Positions 34,950 to 43,111 of a DNA stretch of 64,000 nt are shown piece by piece. How positions within the stretch are numbered: position 1 is the stretch's first letter; each line of letters opens with the position of its first letter. This stretch comes from an uncultured Halobacteriales archaeon (GTDB lineage: Archaea > Thermoplasmatota > E2 > JACPAO01 > JAHFTW01). The notes beneath the pieces were generated by a model. That model was not told the DNA's origin. It searched no databases and saw only the letters and a program-made list of their open reading frames with translations. Where the stretch lies: the NCBI GenBank assembly GCA_964643795.1, contig CAZXUC010000003.1, forward strand, positions 13,549 through 77,548. The letters are read 5' to 3'. The position numbers and the translations under genes were made by a program.

Positions 34950-35653
34950 GCCACCCCCGGCGTCGCCCGGGTCTTGTCAATGAGGCCATCCTTGAACTGC
35001 ACGGTCCGGCTGCTGTAGGCGGCCATGTTTTCGTCGTGCGTAACTTGGATGATAGTCTTCCCCGCACGATTTAGCTTGACGAAAAGCAGCATGATGTCGC
35101 GGCTGGTGCTTGAATCCAAGTTCCCCGTTGGCTCGTCCGCCAGCAGGATGGGCGGGTCGAGCGCGAGGGCCCGGGCAATCGCCACGCGTTGCTTCTGGCC
35201 TCCGGAGAGTTCGTTGGGGCGGTGCTTCATGCGGTCCCCCAGGCCCACGTCCGCGAGCAGTCGCTTGGCGCGGGCTTGGCGCTCTTTGCGCGGAACACCG
35301 GCAATGGCCATCGGCAAGACCACATTGTTCAACGCCGACAGGCGCGGCATGAGGTTGAACGATTGGAAGACGAAGCCGATAGTCTTGCGCCGCATGAGGG
35401 CGCGTTGGTTCGAGTCGAGGCCATGGACGTCGCGGCCCATTAGTCTGATGGCGCCGCCATTTGGAGCGTCGAGGAGGCCGATGAGGTTGAGCAGCGTGGA
35501 CTTACCGGAGCCCGACGGGCCCATGATGCTGACGTAGTCGCCGGCCTTCACGTCAAGGTCGACGCCACGCAGGACCGCGAGTTCCTGGTCGCCGGCAGGG
35601 TAAGATTTCTGCAGGTGGCGCGTCTGGACGGCAAAGGCCATTGCCCCGGTCAA
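34946..35653 (-). CDS. ABC transporter ATP-binding protein (MacB/LolD-like)
   Basis: GPSGSGKST, LSGGQKQRVAIARAL, LLADEPTGNLD. 4-nt overlap with the permease. Confidence 0.9.
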   Translation of the reverse strand: MTGAMAFAVQTRHLQKSYPAGDQELAVLRGVDLDVKAGDYVSIMGPSGSGKSTLLNLIGLLDAPNGGAIRLMGRDVHGLDSNQRALMRRKTIGFVFQSFNLMPRLSALNNVVLPMAIAGVPRKERQARAKRLLADVGLGDRMKHRPNELSGGQKQRVAIARALALDPPILLADEPTGNLDSSTSRDIMLLFVKLNRAGKTIIQVTHDENMAAYSSRTVQFKDGLIDKTRATPGVA

Positions 35654-35666
35654 GGCTGTGGGGATT

Positions 35667-36296
35667 TCAAGGTGAGCGGTGGGGCGTGGGTTTGCGCCCG
35701 CTTGCCATCGCTTCGCGCCAGCCCGTGATGCGCAAGTGGGCGATGATGGGCAAAAACAGGTCCCCCATCCGGAGGCCCTTCGGCGTCAAGGTGTACTCGA
35801 CACGGACGGGGACCTCGGCGAACGCCTGGCGGGCCACGATGCCCTGCGCTTCCAATTCTTTGAGCCGTTGACTGAGCGTCCGACTGCCGATGCCACGCAG
35901 GCCCTCCTTCAATTCGTTGAAGCGGCGAGGTTGCCGCATGCGCAAGAGGAAGCAAATCTCGATGCTCCATTTTTGCAGCAGGGGGTTGAGGGCCTCGACG
36001 CTGAGCTGCACCTCCCGCTCCAAGCCGCCGAACCCGGTGAGCCAAGTGACGACCTGGTCCATGGCGACGCGGTGCCCTTCAGCCAATTCATCGAGAAACG
36101 AGTCGAGGCGGCCGATCATCATGGCATTGGCCTCCGATTGCTCGTTGGGGGAACGTGTGGGCGCCACATCGGACGACGCGGGCGTCCTGGGGGCTAGGGG
36201 GTCGACCGCCGGGGTCGGCTGCGCGGGAGCCTTGGTATCGCCAGGGATACCTGGCTTCTTGCGGGGCACTGGACTCCTTATACACTTCCGTTGCAT
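35667..36296 (-). CDS. HxlR-family winged-helix regulator (maximal ORF; internal start at 36122 would give 152 aa)
   Basis: KWSIEICFLLRMRQPRRFNELKEGLRGIGSRTLSQRLKELEAQGIV...VEYTLTPKG. The Pro-rich N-terminal 58 aa are uncertain. Confidence 0.7.
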   Translation of the reverse strand: MQRKCIRSPVPRKKPGIPGDTKAPAQPTPAVDPLAPRTPASSDVAPTRSPNEQSEANAMMIGRLDSFLDELAEGHRVAMDQVVTWLTGFGGLEREVQLSVEALNPLLQKWSIEICFLLRMRQPRRFNELKEGLRGIGSRTLSQRLKELEAQGIVARQAFAEVPVRVEYTLTPKGLRMGDLFLPIIAHLRITGWREAMASGRKPTPHRSP

Positions 36297-36374
36297 ATGT
36301 TACTTCCGTCCTGAAAGCAGTGGGTCAGTTTGCACCTGCTTCCAGAACGAGTCCAGAGGGAGAAACAGAACAGC

Positions 36375-37370
36375 ATGGAGTCACGAGTTGCCAGTCAAAG
36401 GGTTTCACAGGAGCTAGCGCACGCCAGCGAACCAGAGCCGGTCCAGGCCGCGGTCGCCGAAGTCGCGAAGGGCTCCGACCCGTTCCCGTTCCACCAGGAC
36501 GCTTGGTACCACAAGGCCACCGTCCTCAGCGTCGTCTTCCTGCCCATCCTAGCGATTGGCTACATGATTTACAGTCTGTGGGGCGGCGCCGTCGGCTGGA
36601 TGCAGATTGGCCTCCTCCTCGGCTTCTGGGCCTTCACTGGCCTGGGCATCAGCGTCGGGTACCACCGCATGCTGACACACCGCGCCTTCGAGGCCCGCCC
36701 CGTCACGCGCTTCTTCCTCCTCGTCGCGGGAACAATGTCTTTGCAAGGCCCGCCGGCCGACTGGGCGGCCACCCACATTCGCCACCACGCCAAGGCCGAC
36801 CGCGAAGGCGACCCGCACAGCCCTCTCGAAGGATTCTGGCACGCTCACACGGGCTGGCTTGTCCGTGACCGCTTCGTGCGCGACGGCCTCGCCCACGACA
36901 AACTCATGCTCGATCCCGTCACGGCCTTCATCCAGAAGACCTGGGTCGTCTGGGTCGTCCTGACCTTTGGCCTGCCAGCCCTGCTTGGCTACCTCATCGC
37001 CGGCACCTGGTGGGGCGCCCTCGACGGCCTCGTCTGGGGCGGACTGCTGCGCGTCTTCATCGGCCACCACATCACTTGGAGCGTCAACTCCATCACGCAC
37101 ATGATCGGCACGCGGCCGTTTGCCACCACCGACCAGGCGCGCAACAACTGGCTCATCGCCTTCCTCGGCTGGGGCGAAGGCTGGCATAACAACCACCACG
37201 CCTTCCCGCGCGCCGCCTACATCGGCATGCGCTGGTACCAGATTGACATCGGCGGCTGGCTCGTGGCCTTGCTGCGCGTCACGCGGCAAGTCCGCAACGT
37301 GTGGATGCCGACGCGCGAAGAGCGCAAGGCGCGCTTGGCCCGCAACGTCCGCGCGAAGAGTGCGGCCTGA
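36375..37370 (+). CDS. Membrane fatty-acid (acyl-CoA/acyl-lipid Delta9-type) desaturase
   Basis: Three His boxes: GYHRMLTHRAF, HIRHHAKADREGDPHSP, HNNHHAFP. Alternative TTG start at 36330. Confidence 0.85.
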   Translation: MESRVASQRVSQELAHASEPEPVQAAVAEVAKGSDPFPFHQDAWYHKATVLSVVFLPILAIGYMIYSLWGGAVGWMQIGLLLGFWAFTGLGISVGYHRMLTHRAFEARPVTRFFLLVAGTMSLQGPPADWAATHIRHHAKADREGDPHSPLEGFWHAHTGWLVRDRFVRDGLAHDKLMLDPVTAFIQKTWVVWVVLTFGLPALLGYLIAGTWWGALDGLVWGGLLRVFIGHHITWSVNSITHMIGTRPFATTDQARNNWLIAFLGWGEGWHNNHHAFPRAAYIGMRWYQIDIGGWLVALLRVTRQVRNVWMPTREERKARLARNVRAKSAA

Positions 37371-37382
37371 GCCCACCTTTTC

Positions 37383-37793
37383 CGCAGATTTCGTGCACCA
37401 CCTTTTCCGCAGATTACGCAGATTTCGCAGAGCGCTGCGGTCACCGCGTGCCTGTGCAATCTGCGACCGGTCCCGATGCTTCGAGCAATGCGGTAATCCA
37501 AGGGCGCGCCGCGGCCGTAGCCATCTGCGAGTGGACCCGCCAAACTCCGACGACGTCGGCGGGCACGTGAGGAACCAACCTTGACTCGATGATGGCGGCG
37601 CCGCGCGCCGCAGTCACACCCATCGAAGAAAGGGAGGCCTGGGATTTCACAGAAACCAGGGATGCAAAATGGTCCTCGTGGCAGGGTCGAGGTCAAGATT
37701 CTGTGGAAATCTGTGCAATCCCAGGCCTCCCACACCACGGCCGCGGTGTCAACGTGGAACCCGTGGACGACGCCGTCGGCCGACTGCGGTAAG
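37383..37793. repeat. Composite non-coding element, copy C (Q-Q-mid-P(98 bp)-T)
   Basis: CACCTTTTCCGCAGATTTCG...CACCTTTTCCGCAGATTACGCAGATTTCGCAGA; GGAGGCCTGGGATTTCACAGA...TGTGCAATCCCAGGCCTCC (37633-37730); tail ...GGCCGACTGCGGTAAG. Confidence 0.8.
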
Positions 37794-37837
37794 CCATGTG
37801 GCCGGTGGCTTCGAAAACGAGTGACGGCGCGAGGTGC

Positions 37838-38515
37838 CTACGCGGCTTCGTGCACAATCTTGACCTTGCCCAAGACGATACTGACGGTCCGCATTGCCTT
37901 GATGGGCACGTCATGCCTCTGCTCCAGGTCGCGCCGTCGCACCCCTTTGTTGAGGAACAGCAGTACGCCCTGGACGGTGACCTTCATCGACGCCAGCGTG
38001 TTGAGGAGGCTGTCCATCGTCCGCCCGGTCGAGAGCACGTCATCGACTAACACGACGCGGTCGGCTGGCCCGACGCCGTTGATGTGCAGGCACGCCTCGC
38101 CGTAGCCCGTCTCGCAGAACGCGACCTCTTCGCCGGGCAGCCCGTATTTTCGCTTTCGAATGATGCCGTATGGGATTCCCGTCGCGAGGCTCAACCCCGC
38201 AACAAGCGGGAGTCCCATCGCTTCAGGGGCGAGCAGCACGGTTGCCCCCTCCAGTTCCGGCTGTCGCTTCGCCCAATCGACCCAAGCGGCTAGAAGAGGC
38301 GTATCAGTGCGAGGGACTCCGTCCGTCAGCGGGTGAATCAGGTACGCGTATCCGTTGCGGTCCATGACCTGTGCCGATTCCAAGGACGCGTCGATGAGTG
38401 CGTCCCCCTTGCTCCTGAGTGTTGGGGCGGCCGCACTCGTGGCGGACCTGGCTGGCGGGGCGGGATGGGCTGGAGGGGCGGCAGAGCCGGAGGGGGCCAC
38501 GGGGGCGGGCGTCAT
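37838..38515 (-). CDS. hpt: Archaeal-type hypoxanthine/guanine phosphoribosyltransferase with Pro/Ala-rich N-terminal extension
   Basis: YAYLIHPLTDGVP, GIPYGIIRKRKYGLPGE, VVLVDDVLSTGRT (PRPP loop). ATGA overlap with mfnA. Confidence 0.85.
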   Translation of the reverse strand: MTPAPVAPSGSAAPPAHPAPPARSATSAAAPTLRSKGDALIDASLESAQVMDRNGYAYLIHPLTDGVPRTDTPLLAAWVDWAKRQPELEGATVLLAPEAMGLPLVAGLSLATGIPYGIIRKRKYGLPGEEVAFCETGYGEACLHINGVGPADRVVLVDDVLSTGRTMDSLLNTLASMKVTVQGVLLFLNKGVRRRDLEQRHDVPIKAMRTVSIVLGKVKIVHEAA

Positions 38516-39699
38516 TCCAACGCCGTCCCAAGGGCCACGAGGAACTTCCCCACGACGTCGCGGCTGACGTGGGGGTTGACGACGATGCGAATCGCCGAGA
38601 GGCGCGGCACGATGTTGACGCGGAACCCAAGCGTCTGCAACCGAGCCGACAGATCCTGGGGGTCCTCCGCCTTGAACGTGACGACGGCAAGGTCGGGCAT
38701 CGCCACGAGTTCGACTCCCATCGCCTGCAGTTGGGCAGCGAGGTACGTGGCGTTGTCGAGGCAGGTCTCCGCTAGGCTTGCGAATCCGCTCCGGCCCAAG
38801 TGGCGGTGCACCGCCCACGCCGCCGCGACGGCGGCACCTGGGCGCGTGCCCATGAGGGTACTCTGCGTCAAGCTCGAGACGTAGGGGGATTCGACCGCCG
38901 TCAATTCCCAGTCTGCGCCGTCGCGCACGACGAGGGCGCCGCCGGGAATGGTCGCCATGCCCATCTTGTGCGGGTCCATCGCGACGCTCCAGACGCCTGG
39001 CAGGTCGAAGTCGAAGGGCACCGCCGTCCGGTTTGCCTGCGCCAAGAAGGGAATGAGATAGCCGCCATATGCCGCGTCGACATGCAGAAGGACGCCCTTC
39101 TTCTTGCAGGCCGCGGCCATGTCCGCGATGGGATCGATGAGGCCTAACTCAGTCGTGCCCGCGACGGCGACCATGAGGGCGGTATCCTTGCCACAGGCTT
39201 TGGCCATGTCTGCCGCGACGGTGCGGTGGCCCGGTCCTGTGTCGACGGTCACCAGTTCCATTTCGAGGAGACGCGCGGCCTTCTGGAAACTGAAATGGCC
39301 TGCCTCGGAGACGACGAGAGAGCGGCGTCCAGTCTTCTCGCGCGCGAGCCAACAGGCGAGGATATTCGCCTCCGTCCCACCGGTCAGGTACCGGCCAGAT
39401 GCCTCGCCGGGGGCGTGCAGCAGGGCCTTCAGGTCGTCGAGGACCTCACGTTCAAGCCGGGCGGTGCCGGGGAAATGACCTGGATCGCCCAGGTTGGTCT
39501 CTAGGAATTGAGCGTGAGCTTCAGCGGCCACCTCGTGGGGGGACGTGCACATCGACCCGAGAATTTGCCCCGTTGCGAAGGAGAAATCCTGCGCCTTGGC
39601 CTCCTTGAGTGCCTGCCGGACCTTGCGTCGGTTCCAGCCATCTTCCTGCACGACCGGGCCACGGGCATTCCTGATAAAAAGGAGGGCCCGGCGGGCCAC
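38512..39699 (-). CDS. mfnA: L-tyrosine/L-aspartate decarboxylase (PLP-dependent, MfnA type)
   Basis: ILGSMCTSP, FLETNLGDPGHFPGT, TGGTEANILA, HVDAAYGGYLIPFL, DPHKMG. Confidence 0.88.
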   Translation of the reverse strand: MARRALLFIRNARGPVVQEDGWNRRKVRQALKEAKAQDFSFATGQILGSMCTSPHEVAAEAHAQFLETNLGDPGHFPGTARLEREVLDDLKALLHAPGEASGRYLTGGTEANILACWLAREKTGRRSLVVSEAGHFSFQKAARLLEMELVTVDTGPGHRTVAADMAKACGKDTALMVAVAGTTELGLIDPIADMAAACKKKGVLLHVDAAYGGYLIPFLAQANRTAVPFDFDLPGVWSVAMDPHKMGMATIPGGALVVRDGADWELTAVESPYVSSLTQSTLMGTRPGAAVAAAWAVHRHLGRSGFASLAETCLDNATYLAAQLQAMGVELVAMPDLAVVTFKAEDPQDLSARLQTLGFRVNIVPRLSAIRIVVNPHVSRDVVGKFLVALGTALE

Positions 39700-39878
39700 G
39701 GCGGACCAGGGCGGACCCTCGCCAATGATGTGTTGCCTGGGAATTGGCCTTGATTCGATTCGGCAAAGCGCTCAAGAATCCGGGAATTCCCGTTGCTCGG
39801 CCAAAACCCTGCCCCCAATGGTTTCACCAACCTCTGTCCGACGTGCCTTAAGTGCGACCGGAGGCTGCTTCGTCAGCC

Positions 39879-40205
39879 ATGGCTGCTAACCTGCTATCCG
39901 CCCTCGCCTCCGCCGCCGTCCTTGAGCGCTGCGCCAACCGGGACGCATCCTTCCTGCGCGTGACGCCACGATTCCTCTCCCACGCCGAAGAGACGGGCCT
40001 TCGCCTGCGCATGAACGGCACGGCTTCGCACTCCACCCACCCTGCGCATGTCCTTGCCGCTGCGCTTGCGACGTGGGACGACTTCCACCGCGACCCGAAC
40101 CAAGGCGCAACGATGCTCGTCGACCTTCTCGAGGCGCGTGGCCAGCTCGGTGCGCTGCGCCCAGTGTTTCCTGCGCTCGAACAATTCACGCCGATTGCCG
40201 CGTGA
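39879..40205 (+). CDS. Hypothetical protein
   Basis: ORF 39852-40205, ATG 39879 preferred. No motif recognised. Confidence 0.3.
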   Translation: MAANLLSALASAAVLERCANRDASFLRVTPRFLSHAEETGLRLRMNGTASHSTHPAHVLAAALATWDDFHRDPNQGATMLVDLLEARGQLGALRPVFPALEQFTPIAA

Positions 40206-40304
40206 GCTGCCAGATTGCCGCGTGACCCCGTCGGAAAGGTTATCACCGTTCCCCAAGTCGGCCGCCCGCCCAGGAGGGCTCCACCTCCTTGGCACCCCAA
40301 ATTT

Positions 40305-40376
40305 GCCGCCTTAGCTTAGCGGTGGAGCGGCGGACTGTTAATCCGCAGGTCGTCGGTTCAAATCCGACAGGCGGCG
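40305..40376 (+). tRNA. tRNA-Asn (GTT)
   Basis: Hand-folded cloverleaf: acceptor GCCGCCT/AGGCGGC, anticodon arm GCGGA-CTGTTAA-TCCGC, T arm GTCGG-TTCAAAT-CCGAC, discriminator G. No encoded CCA. Confidence 0.9.
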
Positions 40377-40391
40377 CTAGTTCTTGCCAAC

Positions 40392-40405
40392 CGAAAACCC
40401 TTATC
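40392..40405 (+). promoter_or_regulatory. BRE/TATA-like motif CGAAAACCCTTATC
   Basis: Lies 16 nt after the tRNA-Asn 3' end and about 20-27 nt upstream of ATG 40423/40429. Confidence 0.4.
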
Positions 40406-40422
40406 GCAGCCGAACCGGTGCG

Positions 40423-41775
40423 ATGGCGATGGAAGGTCGGCCGGCACCGGAAGGGCGCGCATTCTTCTTCGTCGTCGCCCTCGGCGCGGCCGCCGGCCTA
40501 GGCGCCTGGTGGACCTACCCCCATCTTACCGCAGGCTCAGGCTCGCTCCACCTCATCCTGCTTGTCGCGGCTCTCGCGGTCTTGGGTCTTCCCGTCTTCA
40601 TGGCCGAAGGAGGCCTCGGCCAATTCCGCCGGCGCAACGTCGTGGATGCATTCGGACCGGGCCCGATGCGCGCCGCCGGTGCCTTCGTCGCCGTGAGTGC
40701 GGTGCTTGCAGCGGCGCTCGTTGCGGTCGTCACAGGATGGGCGGGCCGCATCGTCATCGAGTCGTTCCGCCCGGATTTCCTGGCCGATCCAGGCCGCGAG
40801 TTCCGGCTCTTGTCGCAGGGCAGCGACGCCATGCTCGGAGCGGCAGCCGTCCTCGCCGTGGCCGCCTTCGTGACGGCGCGCGGCATTCATCGCGGCGTCC
40901 GGCCCGCCGCCGTCATCGCCCTGAGCGCGATGTTCCTGCTCCTTGCCGGGCTCGTAATCTACGCAAATGTCCTTTCTGGCGCAACGCGGGCGCGCTCCGA
41001 CTATTTTTCGCCTGACTTCACCGGCGTGGCGGGCGCCGACTTCGTGCAGGCGGCACAGCAAGCGCTCCTCGTGGTAGCGGTCGGCGTTGGCTTGGTCGCG
41101 ACCCTCGCTGGGAACGGTCCTCACGACCGCAAACTCCCGCGCAAAGCCTTCGCAGTGGCCCTTGGCGCCGTCGCAGTGGTCCTGGCAATCGGCCTGTTCC
41201 TCGTCCCGCTGGCGGCGCACCATGACGCGGAATTGTCCGGGTCGGATGCCGTCTTTGGCGGGCTGTTCACCACCGCGCCTGAACTATTCGCCATGGCAGG
41301 CGAGTCAACCGGCGCCGTCCTCGCGGGGGCATTCTTCGCGGCGCTCGTTGCCTCCGGCATCGCAGCAATCCTGGCGCTCCTCGAGGTCCCCGTGACGTTC
41401 TTGATCGACCGCTGGCCTGCCTGGGGCCGACGCCGTTCTGCTCTGCTCGTTGCAATGGTCGCCTACCTCATCGCCATCCCCCTGGCATTCAGCCGCGCCC
41501 TCGTTGCCGACTCCGTCGTCATCCTCAGCGCCGTCCTGATTCCGCTGGGCGCTCTGCTGTTTTCCCTGCGCGTGGGCTGGGCGGGCCCAGGCATCCTCGA
41601 CGGCTACAACGTGGGGGACGCTCAACACAAGGTCAGCCTTCTCCTGCACCCTTGGTTGCGTTTCGTGACTCCAATCCTGTGCGCCTTCCTCGTCATAGTC
41701 GGCGTCATGGCCTTCTTCGCAGAGACCGGTTCCATCGAACGCGGAACCGGCGGTTTATGGTCATGGGTCCCGTAG
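40423..41775 (+). CDS. Multi-pass membrane transporter, divergent sodium:solute (NSS/SNF-like) family
   Basis: AAAGLGAWWTYPHLTAGSGSLHLILLVAALAVLGLPVFMAEGGLGQF resembles the NSS TM1-TM2 signature. About 11-12 hydrophobic segments. Confidence 0.6.
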   Translation: MAMEGRPAPEGRAFFFVVALGAAAGLGAWWTYPHLTAGSGSLHLILLVAALAVLGLPVFMAEGGLGQFRRRNVVDAFGPGPMRAAGAFVAVSAVLAAALVAVVTGWAGRIVIESFRPDFLADPGREFRLLSQGSDAMLGAAAVLAVAAFVTARGIHRGVRPAAVIALSAMFLLLAGLVIYANVLSGATRARSDYFSPDFTGVAGADFVQAAQQALLVVAVGVGLVATLAGNGPHDRKLPRKAFAVALGAVAVVLAIGLFLVPLAAHHDAELSGSDAVFGGLFTTAPELFAMAGESTGAVLAGAFFAALVASGIAAILALLEVPVTFLIDRWPAWGRRRSALLVAMVAYLIAIPLAFSRALVADSVVILSAVLIPLGALLFSLRVGWAGPGILDGYNVGDAQHKVSLLLHPWLRFVTPILCAFLVIVGVMAFFAETGSIERGTGGLWSWVP

Positions 41776-41783
41776 CACCACAC

Positions 41784-41867
41784 GCGGGGGTAGCCAAGCC
41801 CGGCCAACGGCGCCCGACTTAAGATCGGGTTCTTCGTGATTCGTCGGTTCAAATCCGACCCTCCGCA
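41784..41867 (+). tRNA. tRNA-Leu (TAA), class II with long variable region
   Basis: Acceptor GCGGGGG/CCTCCGC, anticodon arm CCCGA-CTTAAGA-TCGGG, T arm GTCGG-TTCAAAT-CCGAC, discriminator A. The variable arm pairs poorly. Confidence 0.8.
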
Positions 41868-41899
41868 TTTTCACTTCGCTTCAATCGCGCAGCAGAACT

Positions 41900-42162
41900 G
41901 GAGGCCTGGGATTGCACAGATTCCTACAGATTCTGGTCCTCAATGGGTTCGCCCCTTCACGCGGAGGTCGCGGAACCCCGCGGAATCGCTTCCGCGACTT
42001 CCCGGTTCTCCGCGTGAAGTGTAGTGCGTTGCGTGCAAGAACACAATCTGTGAATTTCCGTGAAATCCCAAGCCTCCCACACTCCGGCCGACAGTCTCGC
42101 GATTCAAATCGTGCATCAACCGCAAACCGTGCACCACGCCCCCGTCGGCGGACTGCGGTAAG
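41900..42162. repeat. P-type long-hairpin element (41900-42077) plus long-form T tail (to 42162)
   Basis: Roughly 85-90% identical by eye to 1866-2043. The tail ends ...CCCGTCGGCGGACTGCGGTAAG. Confidence 0.8.
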
Positions 42163-42236
42163 CTCCCGACCCGGGGCTTCTAACAGGGCACCGTCGTGCA
42201 AGCACAAATGAGGGAATTACCCCTCGGCGGGTCATC

Positions 42237-42875
42237 ATGCGCCGCTTCGTCACGGTCAGCCACACCGCGCAATCCGACGGGAATTGGCACCTTAATGACC
42301 TCTCCGCCGGCGCCGGTCGCATCGACCTCCTGTGCCGCAACATCCAGGCCGCCTTCTTCCTCAGCCACGGCCTGCGCGAAGATGTCGAGTTCTACGGCGT
42401 GTGTGCCGCGTCGCCCATCCGCCAGAAGACCGTGCGCATCGCGGGCGCCAAGATACAGATGCTCCACCCCGACGAACGCTCGACGGCGGCGCGACTCCAG
42501 CAGGCCCTCAAGGATTCCTGGTCCGTGCCAGATTGGAAGGAAGTGCAAAACGGATTATCCGTCGCGCGCTTCGGCCTGGAAGAGCTCCTCGTGGACCTCC
42601 GCGGCAAAGGGACCCTTGTCCTGCTCGACCCTGACGGCGAACCCGTCGACCAGTGGACTCCGCCAAAGGACCCGATTCTGTTGTTGAGCGACCACGTCCC
42701 ATTCACGAAGGCGGAGTACAAGACCCTCGACGCGGCTGGAGCGCAACGCGTCAGCCTCGGCCCACATTGGTACCACGGCAACCACGCGATTTCTGTCGTG
42801 CAGTGGTGGCTGGACCGCCATCACGCTCCGGTCTCGGCGGATCCACGCAACGCCCCGAAGGCAGCGCAACAATGA
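42237..42875 (+). CDS. trmY: tRNA (pseudouridine54-N1)-methyltransferase TrmY (SPOUT, DUF358)
   Basis: GRIDLLCRNIQAAFFLSHGLREDVEFY and SLGPHWYHGNHAISVV match the remembered MJ1640 pattern [27 protein letters not shown] ... SLSPLELHANHCITII. Confidence 0.88.
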   Translation: MRRFVTVSHTAQSDGNWHLNDLSAGAGRIDLLCRNIQAAFFLSHGLREDVEFYGVCAASPIRQKTVRIAGAKIQMLHPDERSTAARLQQALKDSWSVPDWKEVQNGLSVARFGLEELLVDLRGKGTLVLLDPDGEPVDQWTPPKDPILLLSDHVPFTKAEYKTLDAAGAQRVSLGPHWYHGNHAISVVQWWLDRHHAPVSADPRNAPKAAQQ

Positions 42876-43029
42876 ACGCGCCGCGCTGACCGTGCCAGAG
42901 TACATGGCAAGCGGGTCGCATTGTCCACGATGCACTGCCGCGTTCAACCCGGCGTGCCGCTCGCATTGGCCACTCTACTTCGAACCGCCGTATTGATGGA
43001 CGCCGTCGTCGGCATCGAGGTCCAAGCAA

Positions 43030-43108
43030 CATCGGTGGTCATCGGTGACATCGGTGGATGGGTGGCGCGCAACGCACCGATCCACCGATGCCACTGATTT
43101 CACCGATG
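43030..43108. repeat. U-type word hairpin (CATCGGTG x3 ... CACCGAT x3) in a convergent intergenic region
   Basis: ACATCGGTGGTCATCGGTGACATCGGTGG...CACCGATCCACCGATGCCACTGATTTCACCGATG, read directly. Confidence 0.75.
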
Positions 43109-43111
43109 CGG

